A stretch of 64,000 bases of DNA, from assembly GCA_902776615.1 (NCBI GenBank), contig CACYQU010000002.1, positions 5,419 to 69,418 of the forward strand, read 5' to 3'. Source of the stretch: an uncultured bacterium. GTDB lineage: Bacteria; Verrucomicrobiota; Kiritimatiellia; RFP12; UBA1067. Both the position numbers and the translations under genes were made by a program. Positions 51,749 through 60,181 of the stretch are shown piece by piece. Positions within the stretch are counted from its first letter, which is position 1, and every line of letters begins with the position of its first letter. The notes under the pieces were generated by a model. That model saw nothing but the letters and a program-made list of their open reading frames with translations, was not told the origin of the DNA and ran no database searches.

Positions 51749-53761
51749 ATGATTATGACACATCTACTGGATGACGACTACCTCAAGCCGTTCGAAGGCG
51801 CTGTTCGCGGACGCGCCGAGCACGCTTTCGCCCGTGCGCGCGAACTTACACAAGGCAAGAGTCCGCTTGCCGACTGGGCGAGTGCGCACGAATACTACGG
51901 TCTTCATCGAAAGCCCCGCGGCGGATGGGTGTTTCGCGAATGGGCGCCAAACGCCACGAGCATGTGGCTGGTTGGCGACTTCTCCAATTGGCAGATCGAT
52001 CCGCGCTTCGAGTGTTTCCGCATTCCCAACACCGATGTATGGGAGTGCAAGATTGCGGCGGGTCTGATACACCACGGCGACAACTTCAGGCTTGAGATGC
52101 GATGGGAAGGTGGCCATGGCGAACGAATCCCGGCTTATGCGCGGCAGGTCGTGCAAGACCCCAAGACCAATCTCTTCTGCGCAAAGGTGTGGGATCCGCC
52201 CAAGGCGTACAAGTGGCGAAACAAATCGCCCGGCAAGCCGGCCAGAGGGTTCACTCCTTTCATCTACGAAGCCCATGTCGGCATGGCGAGCGAGGAAGAG
52301 AAGGTCGCAAGCTACGCCGAGTTTCGCGACAATATTCTGCCGCGCATAAAGAAGGCCGGCTACAACACCGTTCAGTTGATGGCCGTGATGGAGCATCCGT
52401 ACTACGGCAGCTTCGGCTATCACGTCAGCAGCTTCTTCGCAGCGTCCAGCCGCTTCGGCTCGCCGGACGATTTGAAGTCTCTCGTGGACGCCGCGCACGG
52501 GATGGGCCTAAGAGTGATAATGGATCTCGTCCATTCTCACGCGGTCAAGAACGAGCGTGACGGGCTGTCGCGTTTCGACGGAACGGATTACCAGTATTTC
52601 CATTCGGGGCCGAAGGGTTGGCACGCCGCATGGGACAGCCGTTGCTTCGACTACGGAAAGACGGATGTGCTGCATTTCCTTCTGTCCAACTGCCGCTTCT
52701 GGCTCGACGAGTATCGCTTCGACGGCTATCGCTTCGACGGAGTTACTTCGATGCTCTACTGGGATCACGGCCTCGGCAGGGACTTTAACGGATACGGCTC
52801 GTATTTCGACGGGTCGATGGACGATGACGCATGGGCCTATCTGCAGATGGCCAACCGCGTTATCCACGAGTCGCATCCCGGCGCGATAACGATTGCCGAG
52901 GACGTCAGCGGAATGCCCGGCTGCGCTGCGCCTGTGGAGGACTGCGGCCTTGGCTTTGACTATCGCATGGCTATGGGCGAACCGGACTTCTGGTTCAAGC
53001 TCGCCGAAAAAGTCAGCGACGACAACTGGCCCATGGGCGGCATATACTACGAACTTACCAACCGCCGCGCGGAGGAGAAGGTGGTCAGCTACGTGGAAAG
53101 CCACGACCAGGCGCTCGTCGGCGGCAAGACGTTCTTCTTCCAGCTTGCGGATGCGGCGATATACTATGGCATGGCCCAGGGTCAGGACGGTCTGGAGGTC
53201 AACCGTGCGATCGCCCTGCACAAGATGGCCCGCCTTGCGACCGCCGCGCTGAACGGAGGCGCCTATCTGAATTTCATGGGCAACGAATTCGGCCATCCCG
53301 AATGGATCGACTTCCCGCGCGAAGGCAACGGCAATTCCTACGCGCACGCGCGTCGCCAGTGGTCGCTGCGGGACGATCCCAACCTGCGCTTCAAGGGCCT
53401 TGGCGATTTCGACGAAACCATGCTTCACGCGCTGGCAAAGTCGAAGGCGCTCAAGTCGTCGCCGATGCGACTTGCCGCGAACGAGCCAGACAAGGTTCTT
53501 GCGTTCGTTCGGGGGGATCTGCTCTTTGCGTTCAACTTCAATCCGACGCGGTCGTTTTCCGACTACGGGATTCTCGTGCCGCCCGCTTCCACTTGGGATC
53601 ATTTGTTCGACTCCGACGAGACGCGTTTCGGCGGTCAGGGCCGCATAACCGCGGGCGGAGAGTACATTCCGTCGCTCGTGCGCCACGGCGACGAGCTTGT
53701 GCAGATGATCCAACTTTATCTGCCGGCGCGAACCGCAGTTGTGCTAAAGCGGCGGATATGA
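51749..53761 (+). CDS. glgB: 1,4-alpha-glucan branching enzyme (GH13, eukaryote-like/GH13_8-type architecture)
   Basis: 670 aa. YEAHVGM, GYNTVQLMAVMEH, DLVHSHA, FRFDGVTSM, ITIAEDVSG and YVESHDQALVG match GH13 conserved regions I-IV of branching enzymes. Confidence 0.8.
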   Translation: MIMTHLLDDDYLKPFEGAVRGRAEHAFARARELTQGKSPLADWASAHEYYGLHRKPRGGWVFREWAPNATSMWLVGDFSNWQIDPRFECFRIPNTDVWECKIAAGLIHHGDNFRLEMRWEGGHGERIPAYARQVVQDPKTNLFCAKVWDPPKAYKWRNKSPGKPARGFTPFIYEAHVGMASEEEKVASYAEFRDNILPRIKKAGYNTVQLMAVMEHPYYGSFGYHVSSFFAASSRFGSPDDLKSLVDAAHGMGLRVIMDLVHSHAVKNERDGLSRFDGTDYQYFHSGPKGWHAAWDSRCFDYGKTDVLHFLLSNCRFWLDEYRFDGYRFDGVTSMLYWDHGLGRDFNGYGSYFDGSMDDDAWAYLQMANRVIHESHPGAITIAEDVSGMPGCAAPVEDCGLGFDYRMAMGEPDFWFKLAEKVSDDNWPMGGIYYELTNRRAEEKVVSYVESHDQALVGGKTFFFQLADAAIYYGMAQGQDGLEVNRAIALHKMARLATAALNGGAYLNFMGNEFGHPEWIDFPREGNGNSYAHARRQWSLRDDPNLRFKGLGDFDETMLHALAKSKALKSSPMRLAANEPDKVLAFVRGDLLFAFNFNPTRSFSDYGILVPPASTWDHLFDSDETRFGGQGRITAGGEYIPSLVRHGDELVQMIQLYLPARTAVVLKRRI

Positions 53762-53767
53762 TATAAT
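53759..53767 (+). promoter_or_regulatory. Extended -10 box TGATATAAT overlapping the glgB stop, about 20 nt upstream of tRNA-Lys
   Basis: Read directly. Confidence 0.45.
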
Positions 53768-53786
53768 ACGCTTCACATTTTGACCC

Positions 53787-53862
53787 CGGACTGTAGCTCA
53801 GTTGGTAGAGCACGACACTTTTAATGTTGGGGTCGCGGGTCCGATCCCCGCCAGTCCGACCA
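53787..53862 (+). tRNA. tRNA-Lys (anticodon UUU), CCA encoded
   Basis: Folded by hand: acceptor CGGACTG/CAGTCCG, D-arm GCTC-AGTTGGT-AGAGC, anticodon loop CT-TTT-AA, T-arm GCGGG-TCCGATC-CCCGC, discriminator A plus CCA. 76 nt. Confidence 0.9.
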
Positions 53863-53883
53863 CTATCCCAAAGAGTTGATTCC

Positions 53884-55848
53884 GTGGAAAACGCCTTCAG
53901 GCTAAAGTCCAAGTTCAAACCGACAGGCGACCAGCCGGAGGCTGTCGCCGCGCTTCTGGACGGTTTGAAGCGAGGCGAGAACAGGCTGATCCTCCAGGGC
54001 GTGACCGGAAGCGGCAAGACGTTCACCATGGCCAACCTTATCGCGAAGTGGGGGCGGCCTACGCTGATCCTTTCGCACAACAAAACACTCGCCGCGCAGC
54101 TCTTCGCCGAGATGAAGGAGTTCTTCCCGGAGAACGCCGTGGAATACTTCATTTCCTACTACGACTACTACCAGCCCGAGGCGTACATCCCGCAGACGGA
54201 TACGTACATCGAGAAGGACGCCTCCATCAACGATGAGATCGAACGCTATCGGTTGGCGGCGACAAACGCGCTGATCGCGAGACGGGATGTTATCGTCGTG
54301 GCGTCTGTTTCCTGCATCTACGGCCTCGGGGAGAGCGACGAATACCGCGACCTCGCCGTCGGCTTCAAGGCCGGCGAAGCGATATCCCGCTCAAACCTGA
54401 TTGCACGGCTTGTCGAGGCGCAGTACGTTCGCAACGACTACGATTTCGCGCCGGGAACCTTTCGCGTGCGCGGCGATGTGGTCGACATATTCCCGGCATA
54501 CGAGACGACGGCTCTGAGGGTGGAGTTCTTCGGCGACGAGATCGACTCCATCTGCGCAATCGATCCGCTGACGTCCAAGCGTGGAGTTTCCATGCCGAGC
54601 GTCGTCGTGACGCCGGCCAAGCAGTTTGTCATGGGCAAGGACAAGTTCGAGGCCGCCTTCGGGCGCATCGAAGCCGAACTTGCCGACAGGCTCAAGTTCT
54701 TCGAGTCGAAGGGAAAACTTCTTGAGGCACAGCGTCTGCGCGAGCGTACGGAATACGATATAGAGATGATGCGCGAGCTTGGCTATTGCAACGGAATCGA
54801 GAACTATTCGCGCCCGCTTTCGGGGCGTGCGCCGGGATCCGCTCCAGAGTGCCTCATCGACTATTTTCCGGACGATTTCCTTACGATCATAGACGAGAGC
54901 CATGCATCCGTGCCGCAGATACGTGCAATGTACAACGGCGACCAGGCACGAAAGTCGAAGCTTGTAGACTACGGTTTCCGCCTGCCTAGCGCGAAGGACA
55001 ACCGTCCGCTCAAGTTCGACGAGTTCAATCGCAAAGTGAAGCAGATCGTCTACTGCTCGGCAACGCCAGGAGACTACGAGTATGGGGAGTCCAAGACCGT
55101 CGCAGAACAGGTGATACGCCCTACGGGCCTGCTCGACCCGGTGATAGAGCTGCGTCCGCTCAAGAACCAGATCGATGACCTGATCGCAGAAATCGGAAAG
55201 GTGACTAAAGCGGGCGACCGTACATTCGTCACCACGCTTACCAAGAGATCGGCCGAAGACTTGACGCACTATCTGCACGAGGCCGGGATGCGCGTCGAAT
55301 ACCTGCATTCCGACATCGACGCGATAGAGCGTGTTGCGATTCTGCAACGCCTGCGCAAAGGCGAGTTCGACGTGCTCGTCGGCATCAACCTTCTGCGTGA
55401 AGGGCTGGATGTTCCGGAGGTTGCGCTCGTTGCGATACTCGACGCCGACAAAGAGGGTTTTCTGCGGTCGACAACATCTCTCGTGCAGACCGCAGGACGC
55501 GCCGCGCGCCATGTGAAGGGGCGCGTCATACTCTACTGCGACCATAAGACCGACGCGATACGCGACCTTGTGAGGATAACGAAGTCGCACCGCGACAGGC
55601 AGATAGCCTACAACAAGGAACACGGAATAACGCCGAAGTCAGTGAAGCGCTCTGTGAACGAATCGACATACGTGTTCAAGTCGTCCAAGGGCGATGCGCC
55701 GCAGAAGGGCGTGCCGGCGGCCGAGGCTTCGCGCGATCAGGTTCTCGGGGAACTTGCGCGTGAGATGCTTGAGGCTGCCGACAATCTGGAGTTTGAACGC
55801 GCGGCGTATCTGCGAGACCAGATAAAGCTTCTCAAGAAGCAGAAGTGA
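53884..55848 (+). CDS. uvrB: Excinuclease ABC subunit B
   Basis: VENAFRLKSKFKPTGDQPEAV...LQGVTGSGKTF aligns from residue 1 with the UvrB N-terminus. Also contains the beta-hairpin YYDYYQPEAY, DESH and a C-terminal UVR domain (FERAAYLRDQIKLL). The upstream part of the ORF (53824-) overlaps the tRNA and is rejected. Confidence 0.9.
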   Translation: MENAFRLKSKFKPTGDQPEAVAALLDGLKRGENRLILQGVTGSGKTFTMANLIAKWGRPTLILSHNKTLAAQLFAEMKEFFPENAVEYFISYYDYYQPEAYIPQTDTYIEKDASINDEIERYRLAATNALIARRDVIVVASVSCIYGLGESDEYRDLAVGFKAGEAISRSNLIARLVEAQYVRNDYDFAPGTFRVRGDVVDIFPAYETTALRVEFFGDEIDSICAIDPLTSKRGVSMPSVVVTPAKQFVMGKDKFEAAFGRIEAELADRLKFFESKGKLLEAQRLRERTEYDIEMMRELGYCNGIENYSRPLSGRAPGSAPECLIDYFPDDFLTIIDESHASVPQIRAMYNGDQARKSKLVDYGFRLPSAKDNRPLKFDEFNRKVKQIVYCSATPGDYEYGESKTVAEQVIRPTGLLDPVIELRPLKNQIDDLIAEIGKVTKAGDRTFVTTLTKRSAEDLTHYLHEAGMRVEYLHSDIDAIERVAILQRLRKGEFDVLVGINLLREGLDVPEVALVAILDADKEGFLRSTTSLVQTAGRAARHVKGRVILYCDHKTDAIRDLVRITKSHRDRQIAYNKEHGITPKSVKRSVNESTYVFKSSKGDAPQKGVPAAEASRDQVLGELAREMLEAADNLEFERAAYLRDQIKLLKKQK

Positions 55849-56404
55849 ATTCGCTCATCGTCTCCGTCGCGGAATTGTTGATTCCGTCCCGGCGAAACAC
55901 CTTTGCGACAGTCATAAGGAGAATCTTCGCGTCTAGAGCCAGCGAACGGTGGTCCACGTACCAAACGTCCAGATTGAACTTGTCGTTCCACGAAAGCGAG
56001 TTGCGTCCGTTGACCTGCGCCCACCCGGTTATGCCCGGACGCACTTCGTGACGACGGGCCTGTTCGGGCGAGTAGCGCGGCAGATACCTGACCGGAAGCG
56101 GTCTCGGGCCGACAAGCGACATCTTGCCGGAAAGTACATGCAACAGCTGCGGCAGTTCGTCCAGGGACGTCGCCCTGAGAATCCTGCCGAGCCGCGTGAT
56201 GCGCTCCGCGTCGGGCGCATCGCCGTCGCGCATGGTGCGGAATTTCAAGAACCGGAAGGGACGCCCGTAAAGTCCGGCGCGGTCCTGCGCGAAGATTACG
56301 GGCCGCCCCATCGAAATCGCCACGGCGACGGCCGTTGCAACTGCAAGCGGAATCCATAAAGGACATGTCGCCATTACAAGAACCGTGTCGAGGAAGCGCT
56401 TCAT
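55832..56404 (-). CDS. Polyprenyl-phosphate sugar-phosphate transferase (small bacterial sugar transferase, WecA-unrelated PglC/WbaP C-domain type)
   Basis: 191 aa from MKRFLDTVLV. GRPVIFAQDRAGLYGRPFRFLKFRTM and [21 protein letters not shown]. Its 3' end overlaps the convergent uvrB by 17 nt. Confidence 0.8.
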   Translation of the reverse strand: MKRFLDTVLVMATCPLWIPLAVATAVAVAISMGRPVIFAQDRAGLYGRPFRFLKFRTMRDGDAPDAERITRLGRILRATSLDELPQLLHVLSGKMSLVGPRPLPVRYLPRYSPEQARRHEVRPGITGWAQVNGRNSLSWNDKFNLDVWYVDHRSLALDAKILLMTVAKVFRRDGINNSATETMSEFTSAS

Positions 56405-56796
56405 CCAAACTTTACCGTAGCGTCGCCGCTTTGGCTTTCCTGGCACTGCGCGACGAAGAGCTGTTTGAGATTTTCGAAGGTGACGGGTTTGAGCACCAGA
56501 CCTGTGAAGCCGAGGTCGGCGTATGTATGGCGCATTTCGACATCGGCGGTAAGCACGAACACTTTCAGATCTGCAATCTTCGGGTTGTTGCGCACTTCCT
56601 TGACGAGCGCTTCGCCGTCCATTTCTGGCATCCACATGTCTGTAAGCAGCATGTCGAACTTCGGCGCGTCACCCAGCGTGTAGCGGATGGGCGGCATGAC
56701 GAACGAACCCCAGCCTACGGCGTAGCCGAACGACAGCGCAAGCACTGCAAGTGGCGACAAATAAGGCACAAGAGCGTTCTTGTGGTCTTTTTTCAT
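56401..56796 (-). CDS. Membrane-anchored partial receiver domain (beta3-beta5 only)
   Basis: N-terminal hydrophobic ALVPYLSPLAVLALSFGYAVGWGSFV, then DMLLTDMWMPEMDGEALV...VFVLTADVE...LVLKPV. LTDMWMPEMDG is identical to the receiver of the hybrid HK at 17640-20807. SD AAAGAGGAAG lies upstream. Confidence 0.55.
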   Translation of the reverse strand: MKKDHKNALVPYLSPLAVLALSFGYAVGWGSFVMPPIRYTLGDAPKFDMLLTDMWMPEMDGEALVKEVRNNPKIADLKVFVLTADVEMRHTYADLGFTGLVLKPVTFENLKQLFVAQCQESQSGDATVKFG

Positions 56797-56830
56797 AAAG
56801 CTTCCTCTTTGCAATAAAGAAGTTAAAGGT

Positions 56831-56839
56831 ATTATATCA
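56831..56839 (-). promoter_or_regulatory. Extended -10 box TGATATAAT (minus strand) upstream of the TM-receiver gene
   Basis: The reverse complement of ATTATATCA, about 35 nt upstream of ATG 56796. Confidence 0.45.
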
Positions 56840-56894
56840 TATATTCACCCTCTTGTGGAAGGTGGTCAGGCCTCTTCCGGCGTGGAGACTGCGA

Positions 56895-57833
56895 TCATAT
56901 CTTGTCTAGCGCGGCGGCAAGTGCGTCGATATTCCCGGCTTCAACCAGTGTTGCACGACCGGCACACGCTTCGGGAATGCCTCCGATGGCAAAGGCTACT
57001 ACCTTGCGTCCGAGGGAAGCCGCCTCCGCAGCGACGAGTCCGTAAGGCTCCTGCCAGAAGCTTGGCACGACGACGCACTCGGCCTTGGCCATCCATTCCT
57101 GCGGATTCCGCCTGAAGCCTCTGAAGAAGACCCTGTCGCCCAGGCCGAGTTTATGCGCGAGCGTCTTCAGCTTCGCTTCCATATTGCCCGTCCCGACGAT
57201 ATCAAGCGTTCTGTGGCGCTCCATCTTGGCCATCGCCTTGAGCAGAAGGTGCACACCCTTGCCGCGTATGAGCTGCCCGACGTAGAGAAGGTCGATCGCT
57301 CCCGACGGGCCTTCGCAGTCGTCCAGCGCCGGCGGATCTGGAATTTCGACGCTTCTTACTTCTATTCGCGCGGGGTCTAGCCCGTTTGCGACAAGGCGCG
57401 ACTTCATGAAGTTGGAGATGACCACGATCTTTGCGAAGCGCCCCATGGCCCGCCTGCGCCTCGACTGGTCCGCGACCCGGCGGATGGCGCGCTTCCATCC
57501 GCGGCAGAGCGGCGCGCACAGTATGCACGGCCAAAGCCCGCCAGGGCGCGTGCAGTTGCGGCCCAGCGGCGTGTAGGCATAGCCCCTCGGACACATCGGT
57601 TCGTGGTCGTGCACGAAGAAGGTCGTCTTTTCGGGCGGGAATTTCTCCAGCGTCGCCACGTCGTTGCACTTGTGGACGACAATCGCGTCGTAGCGGTTGA
57701 AGTCCACCCCGTTCAGATCGCTTGCGATGACGACGGTGTGCCCGGTCTCGCGCAGCCGGGCCACGTGCCTTTCGGCGAATATCTCTATTCCGCCGCGGAC
57801 AGGCGCCGCCTCAAGATATACGAGTATGGTCAT
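56895..57833 (-). CDS. GT-B-fold glycosyltransferase (GT4/GT1-like) with a Cys-rich insertion
   Basis: 312 aa from MTILVYLE. C-terminal VVPSFWQEPYGLVAAEAASLGRKVVAFAIGGIPE is the EX7E-type motif region. The ATG overlaps the kinase stop (ATGA). Confidence 0.75.
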   Translation of the reverse strand: MTILVYLEAAPVRGGIEIFAERHVARLRETGHTVVIASDLNGVDFNRYDAIVVHKCNDVATLEKFPPEKTTFFVHDHEPMCPRGYAYTPLGRNCTRPGGLWPCILCAPLCRGWKRAIRRVADQSRRRRAMGRFAKIVVISNFMKSRLVANGLDPARIEVRSVEIPDPPALDDCEGPSGAIDLLYVGQLIRGKGVHLLLKAMAKMERHRTLDIVGTGNMEAKLKTLAHKLGLGDRVFFRGFRRNPQEWMAKAECVVVPSFWQEPYGLVAAEAASLGRKVVAFAIGGIPEACAGRATLVEAGNIDALAAALDKI

Positions 57834-58774
57834 CGGCGACTCCCGTATGCGAGGCTCATGGACGACGCACCCTCGGTTTCGCGCGGCTTGAAGGATGCGC
57901 CTGCCTCTATGAGCTTGCACATTTCGAAGACGTCCTTCCACGACTGTATGCGGTCGTCGCGGTTCTTGACAAGCATCGCTTCCAGAAGCTGTACGAAGCC
58001 CTCGCTCAACTCGGGCCTTGTCAGGCGGGGATCGGGCGCTTTGAACCTGTCGTCGCAGTGGGCTTGCATGGATGCGTCGGCGTCGAGCGACTGAAAGATC
58101 ACGCAGCCCGTGGCGAGGTGGTAGAGCGTCGCGCCAAGAGAATAGATGTCGGTACGGCAATCGAGCTCGACATCGCCGTAGATCTGCTCTGGCGAGATGT
58201 ATGCGGGAGTTCCCGTGACATGGTCGGGTATGGCCTGCCTGCCGCCCTCGCGGAACTCGAAGCGGTGGCTTATTCCGAGATCCATGAGCTTTACGACGCC
58301 CTGCGAGTTTATCATTATGTTCTCTGGCTTGATGTCGCAGTGCACTATTCCGTGGTCGTTCCACGCATAGTCGAGCGCCGCCGCCACTGATTCGCATATG
58401 AGAAGGCAGTCTTGCTCGCTTACGTAGCCGTGCCGCTTCAGATGATCCGCGAAAGTGTAGCCGTCGACATACTCCATCATGAAAAACCAGTAGCCGTTTA
58501 CATTGTCGAAGTCATACGCCTCGACGATGTTCGGATGGCGAATCTCCTCCATGAGACGCTCTTCCGCACGGAACGCCCGTATGTCCGCGCCGGTTGCCGC
58601 GAACTGCGGGTTGAGGATTTTTACGGCGACGACGCGCTTGTTCGCGAATTCCCACGCCTTCCAGATCGTGGACATTCCGCCTTCGCCGATCTTTTTGTCG
58701 AACCTCAGACCGGGTATGTTCGGTGTGAGGTAGTTCACAATGGAGGAGGTTTCGCCAGGATACCAACGCCTCAT
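57830..58774 (-). CDS. Hanks-type Ser/Thr protein kinase (soluble, no sensor domain)
   Basis: IGEGGMSTIWKA...VAVKIL (G-loop and VAIK), HCDIKPENIM (HRD-type), LMDLGIS (DFG-type), GTPAYISPEQ (APE). The ATG overlaps the NtrC stop (ATGA). Confidence 0.85.
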   Translation of the reverse strand: MRRWYPGETSSIVNYLTPNIPGLRFDKKIGEGGMSTIWKAWEFANKRVVAVKILNPQFAATGADIRAFRAEERLMEEIRHPNIVEAYDFDNVNGYWFFMMEYVDGYTFADHLKRHGYVSEQDCLLICESVAAALDYAWNDHGIVHCDIKPENIMINSQGVVKLMDLGISHRFEFREGGRQAIPDHVTGTPAYISPEQIYGDVELDCRTDIYSLGATLYHLATGCVIFQSLDADASMQAHCDDRFKAPDPRLTRPELSEGFVQLLEAMLVKNRDDRIQSWKDVFEMCKLIEAGASFKPRETEGASSMSLAYGSRR

Positions 58775-60174
58775 GACACCCCCCATTCGACCATCTTGCG
58801 ATGGATCGTGCGGCGCGAGATGCCGAGAATCTCCGCCGCCTTTGTTTTGTTTCCGCCGACAGACGCCAGCACCGCGAGTATCTTGTCGCGCTCGGCGTCT
58901 GCGAGGGACTGCGCAGGAGGGGTCGCCGGCGAGCCGGCGCCCTTTGGCGGAGTCGCCGCCTGGCTCTGCACGGTCTGCGGCGGCGGCTCGCCGGCTGGAG
59001 CGCAGAGAATCTCCATGGGAACGTCGTCGACCGTAAGCTTTCCGCCGGACGAAAGAACGACCATCTTCTCCACCGCATTCCTCAGCTGGCGAACGTTCCC
59101 CGGCCATGAATAATCCTCAAGCGCCTTCAGGGCGCGCTGGTCTATTCCTGTTACGGCTCCGCCGTTCTGCGCGGAGAACTCCTTCAAAAACCGCGACACG
59201 AGAAGGGCGATGTCTTCTTTGTGGTCCTTCAGCGCTGGCGTCTTGAGGTCGATCACGTTTAGACGGTAGTAGAGGTCTTCGCGGAATGTACCTTCCTTCA
59301 CCATCTTCGCGAGGTCGCGGTTCGTGGCCGCGACGAGGCGAAAGTCCACCGGCCGCTCGATAGCGTCGCCGAGCCTGCGCACTTTGCGCGATTCGAGCGT
59401 TCTCAGAAGGGCGATCTGCGTTGCCATGTCGATCTCGCCGATTTCGTCCAGAAACAGCGTTCCGCCGTCGGCTGCTTCGAAGCAGCCCGCCTTGCCCTCT
59501 TTCAATGCGCCGGTGAATGTTCCGGCGACATAGCCGAAAAGCTCCGACTTCAGCAGTTCGCCCTCGAACGCCGAGCACTCCAGCGCGACGAACGGACCCT
59601 TCGCGCGTCGCGAAAGATTGTGTATGGCCCGCGCCGCAAGCTCTTTGCCCGACCCGCTCGGCCCCTCGATGAGCACCGTCGCGTTGGTCGGCGCGACTTT
59701 GCGTATCGTCTGGTAGACGCGCTCCATCGCGGGCGACTTGCCGGTGAAATTCTCCAGCTCGCCCGTGAGCTTCTCCTTCAACGAGGCGACCTCCTGCTCA
59801 AGACCTGCTGTCTTTATCGCGTTCGCGACCCTCAGTTCAAGCTGGTCAAGGTCGGTGATCGGTTTGGTGAGGAAATCGTCCGCGCCGTCCTTCATCGCCT
59901 CCACCGCAAGATCGACCGTTCCATACGCAGTGAGCAGTATGCACGCGAGAGAAGGCCTTGCGTTTTTGGCGCGCTTCACGAGCGACACGCCGTCCTCGCC
60001 GGGCATGCGCACGTCGGAAATCATCAGCGCGAGATCCGGCGTCGATTCGAGCGTCTTCATGGCCTGCTCGGCGTCGGCCGCCTGCATGCATTCGTATTTG
60101 TCGGACAGCACCCTGGCCATCGCTTCGCGCGTTGGCCTTTCATCGTCCACTATTAGTATCTTGCGCTTTGCCAT
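58771..60174 (-). CDS. Sigma-54-dependent response regulator (NtrC/AtoC family: receiver + AAA+ + Fis-type HTH)
   Basis: ILIVDDERPTR...ISDVRMPGEDG, GPSGSGKELAARAIH, the GAFTGA-like GTFTGALKEGKAG, ESELFGY-like KSELFGY, LFLDEIGE, and a C-terminal KTKAAEILGISRRTIHRKM. Confidence 0.9.
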   Translation of the reverse strand: MAKRKILIVDDERPTREAMARVLSDKYECMQAADAEQAMKTLESTPDLALMISDVRMPGEDGVSLVKRAKNARPSLACILLTAYGTVDLAVEAMKDGADDFLTKPITDLDQLELRVANAIKTAGLEQEVASLKEKLTGELENFTGKSPAMERVYQTIRKVAPTNATVLIEGPSGSGKELAARAIHNLSRRAKGPFVALECSAFEGELLKSELFGYVAGTFTGALKEGKAGCFEAADGGTLFLDEIGEIDMATQIALLRTLESRKVRRLGDAIERPVDFRLVAATNRDLAKMVKEGTFREDLYYRLNVIDLKTPALKDHKEDIALLVSRFLKEFSAQNGGAVTGIDQRALKALEDYSWPGNVRQLRNAVEKMVVLSSGGKLTVDDVPMEILCAPAGEPPPQTVQSQAATPPKGAGSPATPPAQSLADAERDKILAVLASVGGNKTKAAEILGISRRTIHRKMVEWGVS

Positions 60175-60181
60175 GCCGCCT

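Noticed and set aside
53787-53862. tRNA-Lys as the integration site of the low-GC island
   Set aside because: The island ends about 2 kb away, with the normal-GC core gene glgB in between. There is no integrase and no duplicated tRNA 3' segment nearby.
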